From: a virus
Taxonomy: Duplodnaviria; Caudoviricetes
IMG/VR virus record: IMGVR_UViG_3300005201_000042
Span: 22,116-86,115 of that record
Strand: one strand, 5' to 3'
Length of the DNA: 64,000 bases
Part shown: positions 1 to 9,750 of the stretch, one piece after another
Numbering within the stretch: position 1 is the first letter of the stretch
How the letters are laid out: each line of letters starts with the position of its first letter
Program-made: the position numbers and the translations under genes
Notes under the pieces: model-generated
Seen by the model: the letters and a program-made list of their open reading frames with translations, nothing else
What the model was told of the DNA's origin: nothing
Database searches by the model: none

Positions 1-842
1 GTTATTCTCCTAGTACAATTCAAAGGCTTATTAACTTTTACATGAATAACCGGTCTGATGATTCTTCCAGTGATACAAGTCTTTTAAATGAGATGGCTAG
101 TATGCTTGCATCCTCTCGCATGATTAAATCTAGTTCTCCTATGATGCCTGAAACTAACGATCCAAAAATGTTATCTAGGTACCTGTCAATTTTTGACAAG
201 TTTAAATCAGGGGGGTATCCAGATATTAAGTCTGTTGTTAAGGATTTAAATTGGTTTGGAGTTCCTGTTTCAAAGGCTAAAGAACTTGTTAAGGCATGGG
301 GGAATAGTAACTTAACCTCTTCTTTTATTAGATCAGGTGCTGAAGGTGTAGACCAGCAAGCCTACAACAATTACATACAACAACTGGTTGCTACTGGCGT
401 TCCTGAAGATCAGGCTAGGCAAATGGCGGATCAGTTGGTTAATCAAATAAAGCAGAACCAGGCACAGTTTGTACAGAACATTCAACAACCTGCTCAGGGT
501 CAGAATAATTCTTCTCTTGCTGCGTCTTTTAGGAGAGTTATTAAATCAGGTCTCCCTGTCAACTACGACGATGATGAAGAACTTTGTTGTGAGATTTGTG
601 GTTCGCCTGACGGTGTTTGTATTTGTGGTGCAGAGGAATCTGTAGACGATCAGATAGAAGACTTTATTGATGGTTTGGCTCCTGAACTTAAGGGTCAAAT
701 TCAAGCTATTAATAAAGGCTTAATGACTGAGGACGAGCTATTGGAGTGGATACGGGAGCAGTTATCTGTGGGTTATAAAATAGATGAGTCTTTTGCTCCA
801 GTTATTTTAGAACAAGCTGTATGTACACTTGGAGGTATATAA
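1..842 (+). CDS. 5'-truncated modular head-associated protein (helical mini-repeats, Cys-rich knuckle CEICGSPDGVCIC)
   Basis: Frame is open from base 3 through the ATG at 42, so the gene starts upstream of the window. Contains MIKSS, FIRSG and RRVIKSG motifs shared with neighbouring head genes. Confidence 0.7.
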   Translation, partial: YSPSTIQRLINFYMNNRSDDSSSDTSLLNEMASMLASSRMIKSSSPMMPETNDPKMLSRYLSIFDKFKSGGYPDIKSVVKDLNWFGVPVSKAKELVKAWGNSNLTSSFIRSGAEGVDQQAYNNYIQQLVATGVPEDQARQMADQLVNQIKQNQAQFVQNIQQPAQGQNNSSLAASFRRVIKSGLPVNYDDDEELCCEICGSPDGVCICGAEESVDDQIEDFIDGLAPELKGQIQAINKGLMTEDELLEWIREQLSVGYKIDESFAPVILEQAVCTLGGI

Positions 843-3181
843 TGAACGACGATGAAAAGAACGAAGACATCAATGAAGATGAAAACGAAGGTGATTCTGT
901 AGACACAGCTTCTACAGGTGACGATTTCTCTCCTGATGAGGGTGAAGACTCTCTTGACTTTGGTTCTGTCAATGAAGAGGGAGAAGGTGATGTTGACGAG
1001 GGATTTATGGACGAAGTCAACTCTCTTGATGAATTCGGTTCTGACTCTCCTTCTCTCTCCAAAGAAGAGACTATAGATGCTTTACAGGCAATCACAGAAA
1101 TAGCTAATATTATTCTTGCCACTGAGGGTGTCACTGATGGTGAACAGCCTACCTCTGAAGAAGTAAACTTTGTTTTGGACGAGGTTCAGGACTTGGCGGC
1201 TGGCTTTGATAAACCTTCTGATGCTGATGATGGTACAGGTGAGGAAGACTTAAGTGCTTTACCTGCTGAGACTGAGCCTTTAGGTGAGTTTGACGAGGAG
1301 GGTTTTGACGAGGGAGTTGAAGAAGAATTCCCTGAGGAGATAGAAGCCTCTCTTGTTCGTGTCATGGTTGCTGGTAAGCCTGTAAGGTCTAGGTGTACAA
1401 GACCTGTTATCGGGCTAGAAGATATCGGTGGTGTCCCTGCTCTGCTTTGCAGTGGTGTTGGTGCAGTTCCTAACCTTGATGAGGAAGACGAGCCAGCCGC
1501 AGATGCAGTTTTTGAGACCGCAGTTCTTAATAACGGTGATTCTAAAGCTATTCAGTCTAAATTCACGAAGGTTGGTTCTTTCAAGAAATGGGTTATGCAG
1601 AGTAAAGCTCATAAATTGGCTTGGAGAATCGCTTCGTCAAAGTACAGAAGGCTTGTAAAACAGTCTGCTAAAACTCCTAGAGAAAAAGCCGCTGTTTTCT
1701 TCTTGGCTAACAGTTTATACAACAAGGTTATAAAAAGTTCTGGTAATAAACTATTTAAGACCTTCTCAGGTAAATCTCCCAGAGCTATTCGCAAGGTTAG
1801 TCTGGCTTTATCCAATCGTAAACTTGAGAACAAGTCAACAAAGGTTCTCTTCTCCGATTACAACGGGTACAGAAATTATGAAACTTGGAACGCCTCGCTT
1901 TATATAACTAAGGACGAGGCATTAAATAGCAGGGCGAGGCGGTTAGCTCAGTCTGGCGTAAGAGATTACGACAAGTTTATTCAGTCTATGGGTTTGGCTG
2001 GCAAGAAAACGCCTGATGGTGTTGAGTGGTCAAGTTCAAAGATTGATCGTGGGCAGATGGGAGAAGTTCTGTCTAATTTAACAAGTTCAGTTCGTGGAGG
2101 TTCTGGTATGAATAAAAGACCAGTGAGGTCAGCAACTCAAGCAGACAAACAAGGTGATTTAGTAACTGTACAAGACGACACAAAGACAGGTGTTAGTCTT
2201 TCAGGTCAAACTTTATCTGATAGTGCTATTGAGGACTCTAATACTGAAAGAGTGCTAAATGTGGATGGTGGAGATACCTCTCAGATAACTGACGTAAACA
2301 ACACTGGTGATGATGGTGACCTTGTAGCAGACCTTGACGCAGGTACAGAAGTAAGTGCTTCTGAGTATGGGTTTGATAATCAGGAGATGGTTGGTGTTGA
2401 ACTCCCCATTGAAAATGAGAATCAGACCCAGGTATTGGAAATGAAATCCATTGGTTCAGGTGTTTATATACTACAGCAATCTTATATTTCTCCAGGTGCT
2501 GGTAGGCTTTCTTTCACGAAAGGTAAGGAAGCTGCTAAGATTATAAGTAGAAATACCAGACCTGCAGAAATAAAAGCCAATGTAAATCGGGTGCTTTCAC
2601 TTGGTAACACTGGTAAAGGTCTTTTACTTCGGTCTTCTCCTATCTTGGGTATTATTGCTATTGAAGCACCTTATCAGAAAGGTTTAAAGAATTCTGAGTA
2701 TTCAGTTTTCTCCAGGGTCGGTGTAAACCTTATCAATGAAAAAGGTTATTACATCCCTCAATCAAAAGGTGCTAAGAATTTTATCGCATCTGCTTCGTCT
2801 ATGAAAGGCATAAGGAGAGGTTCACAAGTAAAGAACTTATTCTCTGAGGTTGAAGGGGCTTATGTTGGTTATCTCAAAAACAAGGTTTACGGTCTGATAA
2901 AGCAGAACAAAGTGTTAAGAGCCAGTTTGGATAAATCCCTTAAAGCCGCAGCGAGAGATAGGATTTTGGCTTCGCAAGCTCTTAATAAAGAACAGAGGTC
3001 AGCAAGACAGCACGTTGCTTCGGCTATGCAAAGTCTTAATGACATAAAGAAACAAACGGCCGAAGCAGAGGCTCAGAGGGTTATTGCAAGTTCAGCTTCT
3101 GCTGTTAGGGAAAATGCTCTTAATGACAAGGCGAGAACGGAAGCTAATACTGCTCATCTTTTGAAAATGATGAGGTGGTAG
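842..3181 (+). CDS. Candidate prohead core/scaffold protein
   Basis: GGAGG RBS and TAATG overlap at 840-844. Very acidic N-terminal third and predicted coiled-coil C-terminus; many [IVL]-X-S sites; lies upstream of the portal-protease-capsid block. Confidence 0.5.
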   Translation: MNDDEKNEDINEDENEGDSVDTASTGDDFSPDEGEDSLDFGSVNEEGEGDVDEGFMDEVNSLDEFGSDSPSLSKEETIDALQAITEIANIILATEGVTDGEQPTSEEVNFVLDEVQDLAAGFDKPSDADDGTGEEDLSALPAETEPLGEFDEEGFDEGVEEEFPEEIEASLVRVMVAGKPVRSRCTRPVIGLEDIGGVPALLCSGVGAVPNLDEEDEPAADAVFETAVLNNGDSKAIQSKFTKVGSFKKWVMQSKAHKLAWRIASSKYRRLVKQSAKTPREKAAVFFLANSLYNKVIKSSGNKLFKTFSGKSPRAIRKVSLALSNRKLENKSTKVLFSDYNGYRNYETWNASLYITKDEALNSRARRLAQSGVRDYDKFIQSMGLAGKKTPDGVEWSSSKIDRGQMGEVLSNLTSSVRGGSGMNKRPVRSATQADKQGDLVTVQDDTKTGVSLSGQTLSDSAIEDSNTERVLNVDGGDTSQITDVNNTGDDGDLVADLDAGTEVSASEYGFDNQEMVGVELPIENENQTQVLEMKSIGSGVYILQQSYISPGAGRLSFTKGKEAAKIISRNTRPAEIKANVNRVLSLGNTGKGLLLRSSPILGIIAIEAPYQKGLKNSEYSVFSRVGVNLINEKGYYIPQSKGAKNFIASASSMKGIRRGSQVKNLFSEVEGAYVGYLKNKVYGLIKQNKVLRASLDKSLKAAARDRILASQALNKEQRSARQHVASAMQSLNDIKKQTAEAEAQRVIASSASAVRENALNDKARTEANTAHLLKMMRW

Positions 3182-3219
3182 TTATACAGACTTGTTATCT
3201 GGTTTACGTATTGTAAGCT
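3182..3219 (+). promoter_or_regulatory. Class I (sigma70-like) promoter
   Basis: TTATACAGAC-TTGTTA-N16-TAAGCT. Confidence 0.6.
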
Positions 3220-3244
3220 AGGTTTATCTTTTGGGGGGTATTAT

Positions 3245-4819
3245 ATGGGTACGCAATACGATAATTTCTATTGTCCAGCTGATTCAGATAATTACGGTGA
3301 TGAGCTAGCAAATTTGATGGGTGCCTTTGAGAGAGAGGAAATTTGCGAGGCTGAGTTTGTAGAAATTCTTAAGAAGAATGGGTACTCGCCTTCTCAGATT
3401 GAGGCTAATCTTAAAGAGGTTGAGTTTAATCGTACTGCATACCCTTTAGAGTTAGAATTAAAAGCAAGAGCAAGAGGGGTTAACCAATCAATGAAAAACT
3501 TTGATACATTTTTAAACGCTTGTGAGTCTATTAAATATTTAGACTCTGTTGTTAAGGAAGGGGACACTTACACCCTTATCGGTTGTGGTAAAACTTTACA
3601 GATTAAAGAACGAGTTGACAGCAAAGGCAATCGAGAAGTTCTGCTCTGGAGTAAAACCGAGCCTTCTAACCTTCACAAGGTAGTTGGTAACGATGTAGAG
3701 AAGATTCTCCCTCGCTTGGTTGTACAACACTTCACTGGTATAAAGTCTAGTGTTGAATTCACAGACCACGAAAATCACAAGCATATTTTTGAAGACGTTG
3801 GTTTCTTTCCTGTCTCTGTTCATAGTGATATGGTCAGGTTTGGGGATGCTACTGGCAGAAAATGGGTATGCAGTGCAGGTGGTTCTAACGTTCCCAATAT
3901 TACTCTGGCTTTTTACAAACTCTTGTACGATGGTCGGACGGATATGTCTGCAATGATGTTACCTAAGCTCACTCCTCTGGACGATGTTAAAGTAATCAAG
4001 TCAGGCAAAGGTGGCAAAGATGTAGAGGTTTTTGAACTTCCTAAATTCCCAGAACCTTCTGAGGATTTTATTGTGTCTTCTGTAGAAGACTTTAAGAGAG
4101 CTGTTCCTAATTACGAATCTTTTATGATGTTTCCGCATCAAGGCGATGTGCCTGCTTATGGTCATTCCATTGTTTCTGGTATGGTGGTTTCGTCTGCCGA
4201 TAGACCTTTTATTACATCTGCTGAGAAGAAGATGAGAGGGTTTATTAAGTCTTCGGATGAATTAGATTGGAAGGCTTATCAAACTTTTTCTGATATAGTT
4301 GATGGTCTCATGGCTCAGGGTTATTCTGAAGCTGACGCATTGAAACTTGCAAATGAGTTAAGAGGTAAGGACTCTGCATCATCATCCGCTAAAAGACCGA
4401 TTAAGTCAGTTACTGAGGGAAAAGGCAGTTTTCTCAACCATATGGCAAAACAAAGCGGTAAATCTATTACAGATAAACAAGGTAATCCTTTAGACCCAGA
4501 TAAAATGTATCAGGATAATGGTTCTGGCTATGAAGAGATGGGGCAATCTCTACAGTCAGGTAAGAGACCCATTAAGTCAGGTTTAACTTTTGAAGGTGTA
4601 GATCCTAAAGTCTGTGATGGTTATTTAAACTACCTTCTTGGTGGGGGTGTTCCTGTAGATAAAGCGATGGAGCTAACACAAGATTTTGTTAATCGTATAA
4701 TTGAGGACTGTGATAGGTTTGCGGTTAGTGAATATGTAAATCGTGGTATTGACGAATATAATAAAAGCCTTCCCCAATCACGGAAACAACCCCAAACTTT
4801 TACCCAGCCCACTATGTAA
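3245..4819 (+). CDS. Modular putative internal head protein
   Basis: 524 aa ORF; two KRPIKS motifs and three L-x3-G[YV]-x-E/V-x2-A helical modules. Confidence 0.6.
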   Translation: MGTQYDNFYCPADSDNYGDELANLMGAFEREEICEAEFVEILKKNGYSPSQIEANLKEVEFNRTAYPLELELKARARGVNQSMKNFDTFLNACESIKYLDSVVKEGDTYTLIGCGKTLQIKERVDSKGNREVLLWSKTEPSNLHKVVGNDVEKILPRLVVQHFTGIKSSVEFTDHENHKHIFEDVGFFPVSVHSDMVRFGDATGRKWVCSAGGSNVPNITLAFYKLLYDGRTDMSAMMLPKLTPLDDVKVIKSGKGGKDVEVFELPKFPEPSEDFIVSSVEDFKRAVPNYESFMMFPHQGDVPAYGHSIVSGMVVSSADRPFITSAEKKMRGFIKSSDELDWKAYQTFSDIVDGLMAQGYSEADALKLANELRGKDSASSSAKRPIKSVTEGKGSFLNHMAKQSGKSITDKQGNPLDPDKMYQDNGSGYEEMGQSLQSGKRPIKSGLTFEGVDPKVCDGYLNYLLGGGVPVDKAMELTQDFVNRIIEDCDRFAVSEYVNRGIDEYNKSLPQSRKQPQTFTQPTM

Positions 4820-4831
4820 CAAGTAGTGGGC
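4807..4831 (+). other. GC-rich hairpin preceding a class I promoter
   Basis: GCCCACTA-N9-TAGTGGGC; no U-tract; related hairpin at 9735-9759. Confidence 0.6.
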
Positions 4832-4847
4832 GGACAACTAAGAATAT

Positions 4848-4886
4848 CTATACACCCTTGTTTTCTAGAAGTCGCTATGCTATATT
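4848..4886 (+). promoter_or_regulatory. Class I promoter
   Basis: CTATACACCC-TTGTTT-N17-TATATT with TG extension; ATG 4 nt downstream. Confidence 0.7.
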
Positions 4887-4890
4887 AAGT

Positions 4891-5181
4891 ATGGCGGAAC
4901 AAGCTTTATCGGCAATTAACCAAACTTTGGATACTTGGTTTCTAAGTTACACTAAGAAATTGTTTGCGTACTATGGAGAAGGGACTTATGGGCATTCTGC
5001 AGAGACCAACGCTTGGCAAATATCTATTCCAGATAATAATTTGAAAGTGAGTATTGGCTGGTCTGCTGAGCAAGGGGATTATGTTTACATAGTAATCAAA
5101 GATGGTTCTAGAAAGGATGGAAGGGTTCAGAGTTTAAAGGATCTGAAACTTTTATTTCCAGATGTTTTTGGGGGGTCTTAA
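4891..5181 (+). CDS. Hypothetical protein, probably leaderless
   Basis: ATG at 4891 directly after the -10 box, no SD. Confidence 0.65.
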   Translation: MAEQALSAINQTLDTWFLSYTKKLFAYYGEGTYGHSAETNAWQISIPDNNLKVSIGWSAEQGDYVYIVIKDGSRKDGRVQSLKDLKLLFPDVFGGS

Positions 5182-6289
5182 ATTGATTAATGAACAGCAC
5201 TTGAGAAAAGAGATCCATAAATTTACGTCTTCTGTACTTTCTCAAATGTCCGAAGAGCAATTAAATAAACTTAGTAGAGACCTTCAAGAAGATTCTGATA
5301 TGCTTACGTCTTCTACTCAGTTTGTAGATGATTCTGCTAGTAACAATGGCGTTCCTTCTTATTTCATAACAAGTAGTGGGCGTATAGTAGACGATTCATA
5401 CGAAGGCGGTTTATGGGTTTCTCCTCAAGGCAAGGCTTATGAGGTTACAGGGGATCATTCGGAATATATTTTAGAGTATCCCTCTTTATTTGGAATAGAC
5501 GTTTCTGGTTTTGAATCAGACGATACCTTTGGCTTAGATGATTCTGATAGAGATGTTTTATATGAACAAGCTTATTCCAAAGGCTGGGCTAGGGTTCGCA
5601 TTGTTGACGGAGATATATTTGTAGATGTCATCCGTTCAATTAATACAGATAGGTTTCTTTCAAAGGTAGTTCAGTGTATTCTTGATTATGGCGTTCCTTA
5701 TGACTCAGCTATTCATGTTGAAGTGTTAGAGGACTCTGGTCAATATTCTAATTCAAACGAGTCTTTATCTTCTCTGCTCACAAGTCGTTACTCTGCCAAG
5801 GCTGGTCTTTTTAATGTCCAGGCGAAATGGATACAGGGTTTGCTTACGAGGGAAGAAGCTATAGCGGAGTTGGTAAAGACGGGCAAGTCCAGGGAAATAG
5901 CTAATAAGATACTGGACTCTTGGGGTACGAGGTTTTCGAGTTATACACCCTTGCATTCTGGCACGGGTATTGCTAATCTTATAATTAGCTCACCAGACAA
6001 AGATTATGAAGTAGCTAAAAGTGGTACACGTTACTGGTTAGACGGGGTTTGTAAGCGTATACAATCTAATCTTGGGAAGAAGGGTATTAAGGCTACGATA
6101 AGTCCAATAACGAACTTAACCTGGAGGGTTGTCGTGGGTCAGAAGGTTGTCTTTCAAGTTATTTACTCATCCTCTAATAATGTGGACTTCTTTGATTATA
6201 CTTATTTTAATGCCTCTGGGAAATCCTTTTCAGGTCAGGTAAGACGTATGGAAGATTTAAAGGGTTTAATTTCTAAGGTAGGGGTTTGA
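5162..6289 (+). CDS. Modular protein: GGxWxSPxG domain plus C-terminal SPDKDY domain
   Basis: Both domains have paralogues in the 10355 and/or 21399 ORFs; exact start uncertain (TTG near 5183 possible). Confidence 0.7.
   Translation: MFLGGLKLINEQHLRKEIHKFTSSVLSQMSEEQLNKLSRDLQEDSDMLTSSTQFVDDSASNNGVPSYFITSSGRIVDDSYEGGLWVSPQGKAYEVTGDHSEYILEYPSLFGIDVSGFESDDTFGLDDSDRDVLYEQAYSKGWARVRIVDGDIFVDVIRSINTDRFLSKVVQCILDYGVPYDSAIHVEVLEDSGQYSNSNESLSSLLTSRYSAKAGLFNVQAKWIQGLLTREEAIAELVKTGKSREIANKILDSWGTRFSSYTPLHSGTGIANLIISSPDKDYEVAKSGTRYWLDGVCKRIQSNLGKKGIKATISPITNLTWRVVVGQKVVFQVIYSSSNNVDFFDYTYFNASGKSFSGQVRRMEDLKGLISKVGV
5941..5979 (+). promoter_or_regulatory. Class I promoter embedded in coding sequence
   Basis: TTATACACCC-TTGCAT-N17-TAATCT, read in-frame as YTPLHSGTGIANL(IISS). 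Confidence 0.65.
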
Positions 6290-6290
6290 T

Positions 6291-6521
6291 ATGCATGACG
6301 ATGTTGATGAACAGATTCTTGGAGTTTTAAAAAATCTTTCTCCCGAGGCTCTTGCTTGTCGTGTAAAAGAAGTCAATTACTTACGAAAAAAGTACCCTGA
6401 TTTCTTTCCTAGTTCTCAGGTCTCTTCTGGTGTAAAAATTTTAAATGAAGACAGGGTTGCTCTTGACCAGGCTTTTGCAAAATTAGACCAAGAAGGCTTT
6501 AAAAGGTTGGCAAATGAATAA
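6291..6521 (+). CDS. Small hypothetical protein, paralogue of 25012-25344
   Basis: LKNLSPEA...RKKYPDFFPSSQVSSG vs IKSLSPES...RASYPNMFSSSLVTSS; same position in the duplicated cassette. Confidence 0.7.
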   Translation: MHDDVDEQILGVLKNLSPEALACRVKEVNYLRKKYPDFFPSSQVSSGVKILNEDRVALDQAFAKLDQEGFKRLANE

Positions 6522-6884
6522 AGAAGAATTTTTAACTGCTTATCGTACCTTAGTTAAAAGAGCATTTAATTTTTCGGAGATTGGTCGGTGTGAGGGTCTA
6601 TTGGCTTTAGAGTCCCTTGTTGACAAAGATAAGGTTGATAAAAGGGATATTTTGAATATGGTGTTCAGCTTGTAATTGATGGTACGGAGCCTGCTTTTTT
6701 GGATAAGATTTTGTCTAATTTAATATCCTTAGAAGAAAATGCCTATTTAACACATTTTAAAACTATTCAAAAAGAGGCTGTGTTGACTCTTCAGAGTAAT
6801 GCAAATACTCGCCTTCTGATGCTTTTACTAAACTCCTATTCTGATCTTCCATTAAGTGACCCTATCTTCGGTTTGCAAGAATAG
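6514..6884 (+). pseudogene. Frameshifted copy of the MotA-cytoplasmic-domain-like gene
   Basis: MNKEEFLTAYR...GRCEGLLALE then one T missing at ~6650 (GATATTTTGAA) relative to the intact paralogue at 25337; the downstream frame continues FEYGVQLVIDGTEP to TAG 6884. Could be an assembly error. Confidence 0.7.
6829..6880 (+). repeat. 52-bp exact direct repeat (second copy 25656-25707)
   Basis: TAAACTCCTATTCTGATCTTCCATTAAGTGACCCTATCTTCGGTTTGCAAGA is identical in both places. Confidence 0.9.
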
Positions 6885-6941
6885 TATTCCTCCCTTGTCT
6901 CTTCTCTGCTGGTATGATACCTTGATGGTAAGAGGTATTGT

Positions 6942-7817
6942 ATGAATAAACAAGTATTTATAGGTTCTGTAGACAAGTACGAGGAGGTCTCTTTCCTCAC
7001 CGAGGCTGCAATGCAGGAGCAACTTCGAAGTAATAAAGATATTTTAAGCATGGGTCAGGATGGTGTTCGTGTCATTGGTTTTGAGGTTCCATGGAGAAAA
7101 TCAGACAAAAAGAACGGTAGGATTGATCTTTTAATAGATTACGAGCTTTTTGTGGCTGTTGTGGAGCTTAAAAATGATAAGTTAACCCTTGATCATTTAG
7201 CCCAGTTAATGTCTTATTTAGATGGTTCTTCTGTTAAGGAGAGTGTCCCTCTCTATTATGATGCAGAACTTTCACAGAGAAAAGGGTTAGAATCAGAGAC
7301 CCGAGGTATTTTAGTTGGTTTCTCATGGGATTTCGACCTTCTGGCTCAGATTAGAGGGGATTCTAAGTTAAAATCGAGGGTTGCTCTTGTTTCATACAAC
7401 CGTTTTAAAGATTCTAATGACCAGTATTTTCATGTGGTGGACTTGGTTCATCCCTTTGATTTTACAAAAAGAGATTATTCTAAGTATACTCTTGAGGGTG
7501 ACTCTACTCCATATGTTAAGAATTGGGTTGTCTATGCCTGTGTTAAGAGGTTTTTAGCGGATAACAATTCTGTTTCTTTCAAGAACTTAAAGGATAAAAT
7601 TAAAGATGAAGAGGATACTTACACAAAACGGGTTCCTATTCTTCTTGAGGCTGGTAACTTAGATGATCACAAATATAAAGACCGCTACCTTATAAATAAA
7701 CCTCTTAAATGTGGGGAGGTGACTTTTGTTGTTCAAGGTTATTGGACAATTGGGGATGAGGAGCTTTATAAGAATATTGCTATTAATTTAGGTTACCCAT
7801 TAACTAAGCTTAACTAG
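6942..7817 (+). CDS. PD-(D/E)XK nuclease, NucS/EndoMS-C-terminal (DUF91)-like, with an extra C-terminal domain
   Basis: E..Q..L, GRIDLL, VVELK, AQL.SY and RGILVG motifs in canonical order. Confidence 0.7.
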   Translation: MNKQVFIGSVDKYEEVSFLTEAAMQEQLRSNKDILSMGQDGVRVIGFEVPWRKSDKKNGRIDLLIDYELFVAVVELKNDKLTLDHLAQLMSYLDGSSVKESVPLYYDAELSQRKGLESETRGILVGFSWDFDLLAQIRGDSKLKSRVALVSYNRFKDSNDQYFHVVDLVHPFDFTKRDYSKYTLEGDSTPYVKNWVVYACVKRFLADNNSVSFKNLKDKIKDEEDTYTKRVPILLEAGNLDDHKYKDRYLINKPLKCGEVTFVVQGYWTIGDEELYKNIAINLGYPLTKLN

Positions 7818-7826
7818 TTTCTCTCC

Positions 7827-7837
7827 TTTCGTATAAG
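7827..7837 (+). promoter_or_regulatory. Class II motif TTTCGTATAAG
   Basis: Exact 11-mer, intergenic. Confidence 0.55.
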
Positions 7838-7877
7838 GTGTCTAAGCACTAAACTATTCTTCTCTTTCCTTTGTTGC

Positions 7878-7885
7878 TTTATATA
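7878..7885 (+). promoter_or_regulatory. Class III (late-like) motif TTTATATA
   Basis: Upstream of the 7927 head-protein gene. Confidence 0.55.
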
Positions 7886-7926
7886 ACAAGTGCAAGCGGT
7901 AATGTTTATGTTGTTGGGGGTATATA

Positions 7927-9750
7927 ATGAGTGTTGTTCATTCTTCAGTTAAGAGACCTATTAAGTCTCTTGTCCAGCCTTCTGCTCGACATGGTTCTAA
8001 TTCTCGTTCAGATAAAGAAATGTGGGACTCTTATTGGAACCATGAGCCTTTTCTTTCTGACGCAGGTAAGTTTAACTTACCTGCCTATATAGACAATTTC
8101 AGAAGGGGTCTTGCAGATGAGGAATCTCTTAGGGCTTTTCTTTTGTCTCAGGGTTATGAGGAGTCTGTGGTGGAGTTTGTCTTAAATAAAGAGGTGGAGA
8201 GAAAAAAACAAATAGACGAATACAACTCCACCACAGGTAATAGTATGTCTTATTCTTCACTTAAGAGACCTGTTAAGTCTTCTTCCTCTAACCTTAAATC
8301 CCTAGTAAAATCAGCAAAAGAGTTTCAGTTCAAATTATTTGACACAGGGGCTTTCCAACTTGACTTATCGCAAGACAACAACGGCTCTCCTTTATGCTCA
8401 AGCATAAAAGGTTCAATTGACGCAGGTGCGGTTCTCTCAATTGCCAGCAGGGATGGTTACACGTTCCACGACCTCTCTCAAGGGGTTAATTTGTCTGGTT
8501 CTCCTATCCTTGATGAATACAAGTCCTTACTAACGTCCACAGCTTCTCTTACGCCTGTGGAATACAAACCTATCAAACGCCAACTTGAAACTTGGGTACT
8601 TTCTGGCAAAGAGTTAGACAAAGAGCTTGCTTCGTGGGGTTTAAACAACCCAGGGCAGGTTTTCCAGTCGATGAAGGTGTTAGGGATTGATCTTTCGGGT
8701 AAGGATACTGTGCCTGTTCGGTCTTCTGTTCAACAAGGACAACGCTTGGGTTTTAAGAAGCCCGTTGCTTCAACAGGCAATGGGCAGTTAGTCAAATCCA
8801 GTAACGACATTTATACAAGATACTTAAGTCTTCTTAATGAGGGGATCTCTGACAGACATGCAAGAAATCAATTAGTGGAAGAGTTTGGTCAATCTGCTGA
8901 GGGTGATTCTTATGCCTCTTTTATTGACGAAGTAGAGGCTCAAGATGGGGGTCAATTTTTAGGTTCAAGTGCTGCGCCTGACTCTGACGTAGGCATAGCT
9001 TTGCAGTATGTTTTTGATAATGACATTCCTCACGATTTTGAACGGGTTTATGAGGCTCTGGTTATGTCTGGCTTATGGGAAGGTGAGGATGAGGATTCTG
9101 TATTTGACCTTGCCTTCTTGGTTTGTAACGAGTTAGGTGTTCCTCTTGCATCCTCTGTTAAGAGGTCTATTAAGTCTTCTGCTGGGGGCTTTGGTACAGA
9201 TGATTATTACAAACTTAAAACTGTTTATATGCATAATCTTCTTCGCCAGGGTTATTCTGAAGAAGACGCGGATAGGATGGCTGATGAATATGTAGTAAAC
9301 TTCCGAGGTGATTTAGAAACAGAAGGTGAGGGTGCAATTCAGAGAAACTGGAACAAGTCTAACCCCACGTCTCCCATGCAGTTTGATGTAAACTCTTCTA
9401 ACAAACGCATCCCCATTCAGCAAGACTTTAAGGGCATGTTGGAGATGATAAAAAACTGGCTTAAGAGGGTGCATGAGGGTCTAATGGAGCAAAGCGTTTT
9501 TTACTCCAACCTTATGCGACTTTTGAGAGGTAATGGTTACCCTGGGAGCAAGGCGAATACTATTTATGAGGAGTTAATGGCTGGTAAACCTGTAGAGGCT
9601 GTTATGGCCAGTCTTCGGCGTGTGGGGAGTTCTGCTTCTGTGGGAGATTATTGGGGAGATGAGGAGAGGCATCGCAGATTTTCTTCTGTTTCAAGGTCTA
9701 AGGCTGTAGATAAGCAACCCACGGGTTTTCAGAAGCCCACTGCTCGGTAG
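7927..9750 (+). CDS. Modular putative internal head polyprotein
   Basis: Starts MSVVHSSVKRPIKS; further KRPVKSS and KRSIKSS; four L-x3-G[YI]-x-E-like helical modules. Confidence 0.65.
   Translation: MSVVHSSVKRPIKSLVQPSARHGSNSRSDKEMWDSYWNHEPFLSDAGKFNLPAYIDNFRRGLADEESLRAFLLSQGYEESVVEFVLNKEVERKKQIDEYNSTTGNSMSYSSLKRPVKSSSSNLKSLVKSAKEFQFKLFDTGAFQLDLSQDNNGSPLCSSIKGSIDAGAVLSIASRDGYTFHDLSQGVNLSGSPILDEYKSLLTSTASLTPVEYKPIKRQLETWVLSGKELDKELASWGLNNPGQVFQSMKVLGIDLSGKDTVPVRSSVQQGQRLGFKKPVASTGNGQLVKSSNDIYTRYLSLLNEGISDRHARNQLVEEFGQSAEGDSYASFIDEVEAQDGGQFLGSSAAPDSDVGIALQYVFDNDIPHDFERVYEALVMSGLWEGEDEDSVFDLAFLVCNELGVPLASSVKRSIKSSAGGFGTDDYYKLKTVYMHNLLRQGYSEEDADRMADEYVVNFRGDLETEGEGAIQRNWNKSNPTSPMQFDVNSSNKRIPIQQDFKGMLEMIKNWLKRVHEGLMEQSVFYSNLMRLLRGNGYPGSKANTIYEELMAGKPVEAVMASLRRVGSSASVGDYWGDEERHRRFSSVSRSKAVDKQPTGFQKPTAR

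Noticed and set aside
802-1134. Minus-strand Ser-rich ORFs (also 24218-24568, 31646-31900, 32498-32824, 60379-60891, 63124-63312)
   Set aside because: Shadows of acidic or structural plus-strand genes; no RBS or promoter, low-complexity translations.
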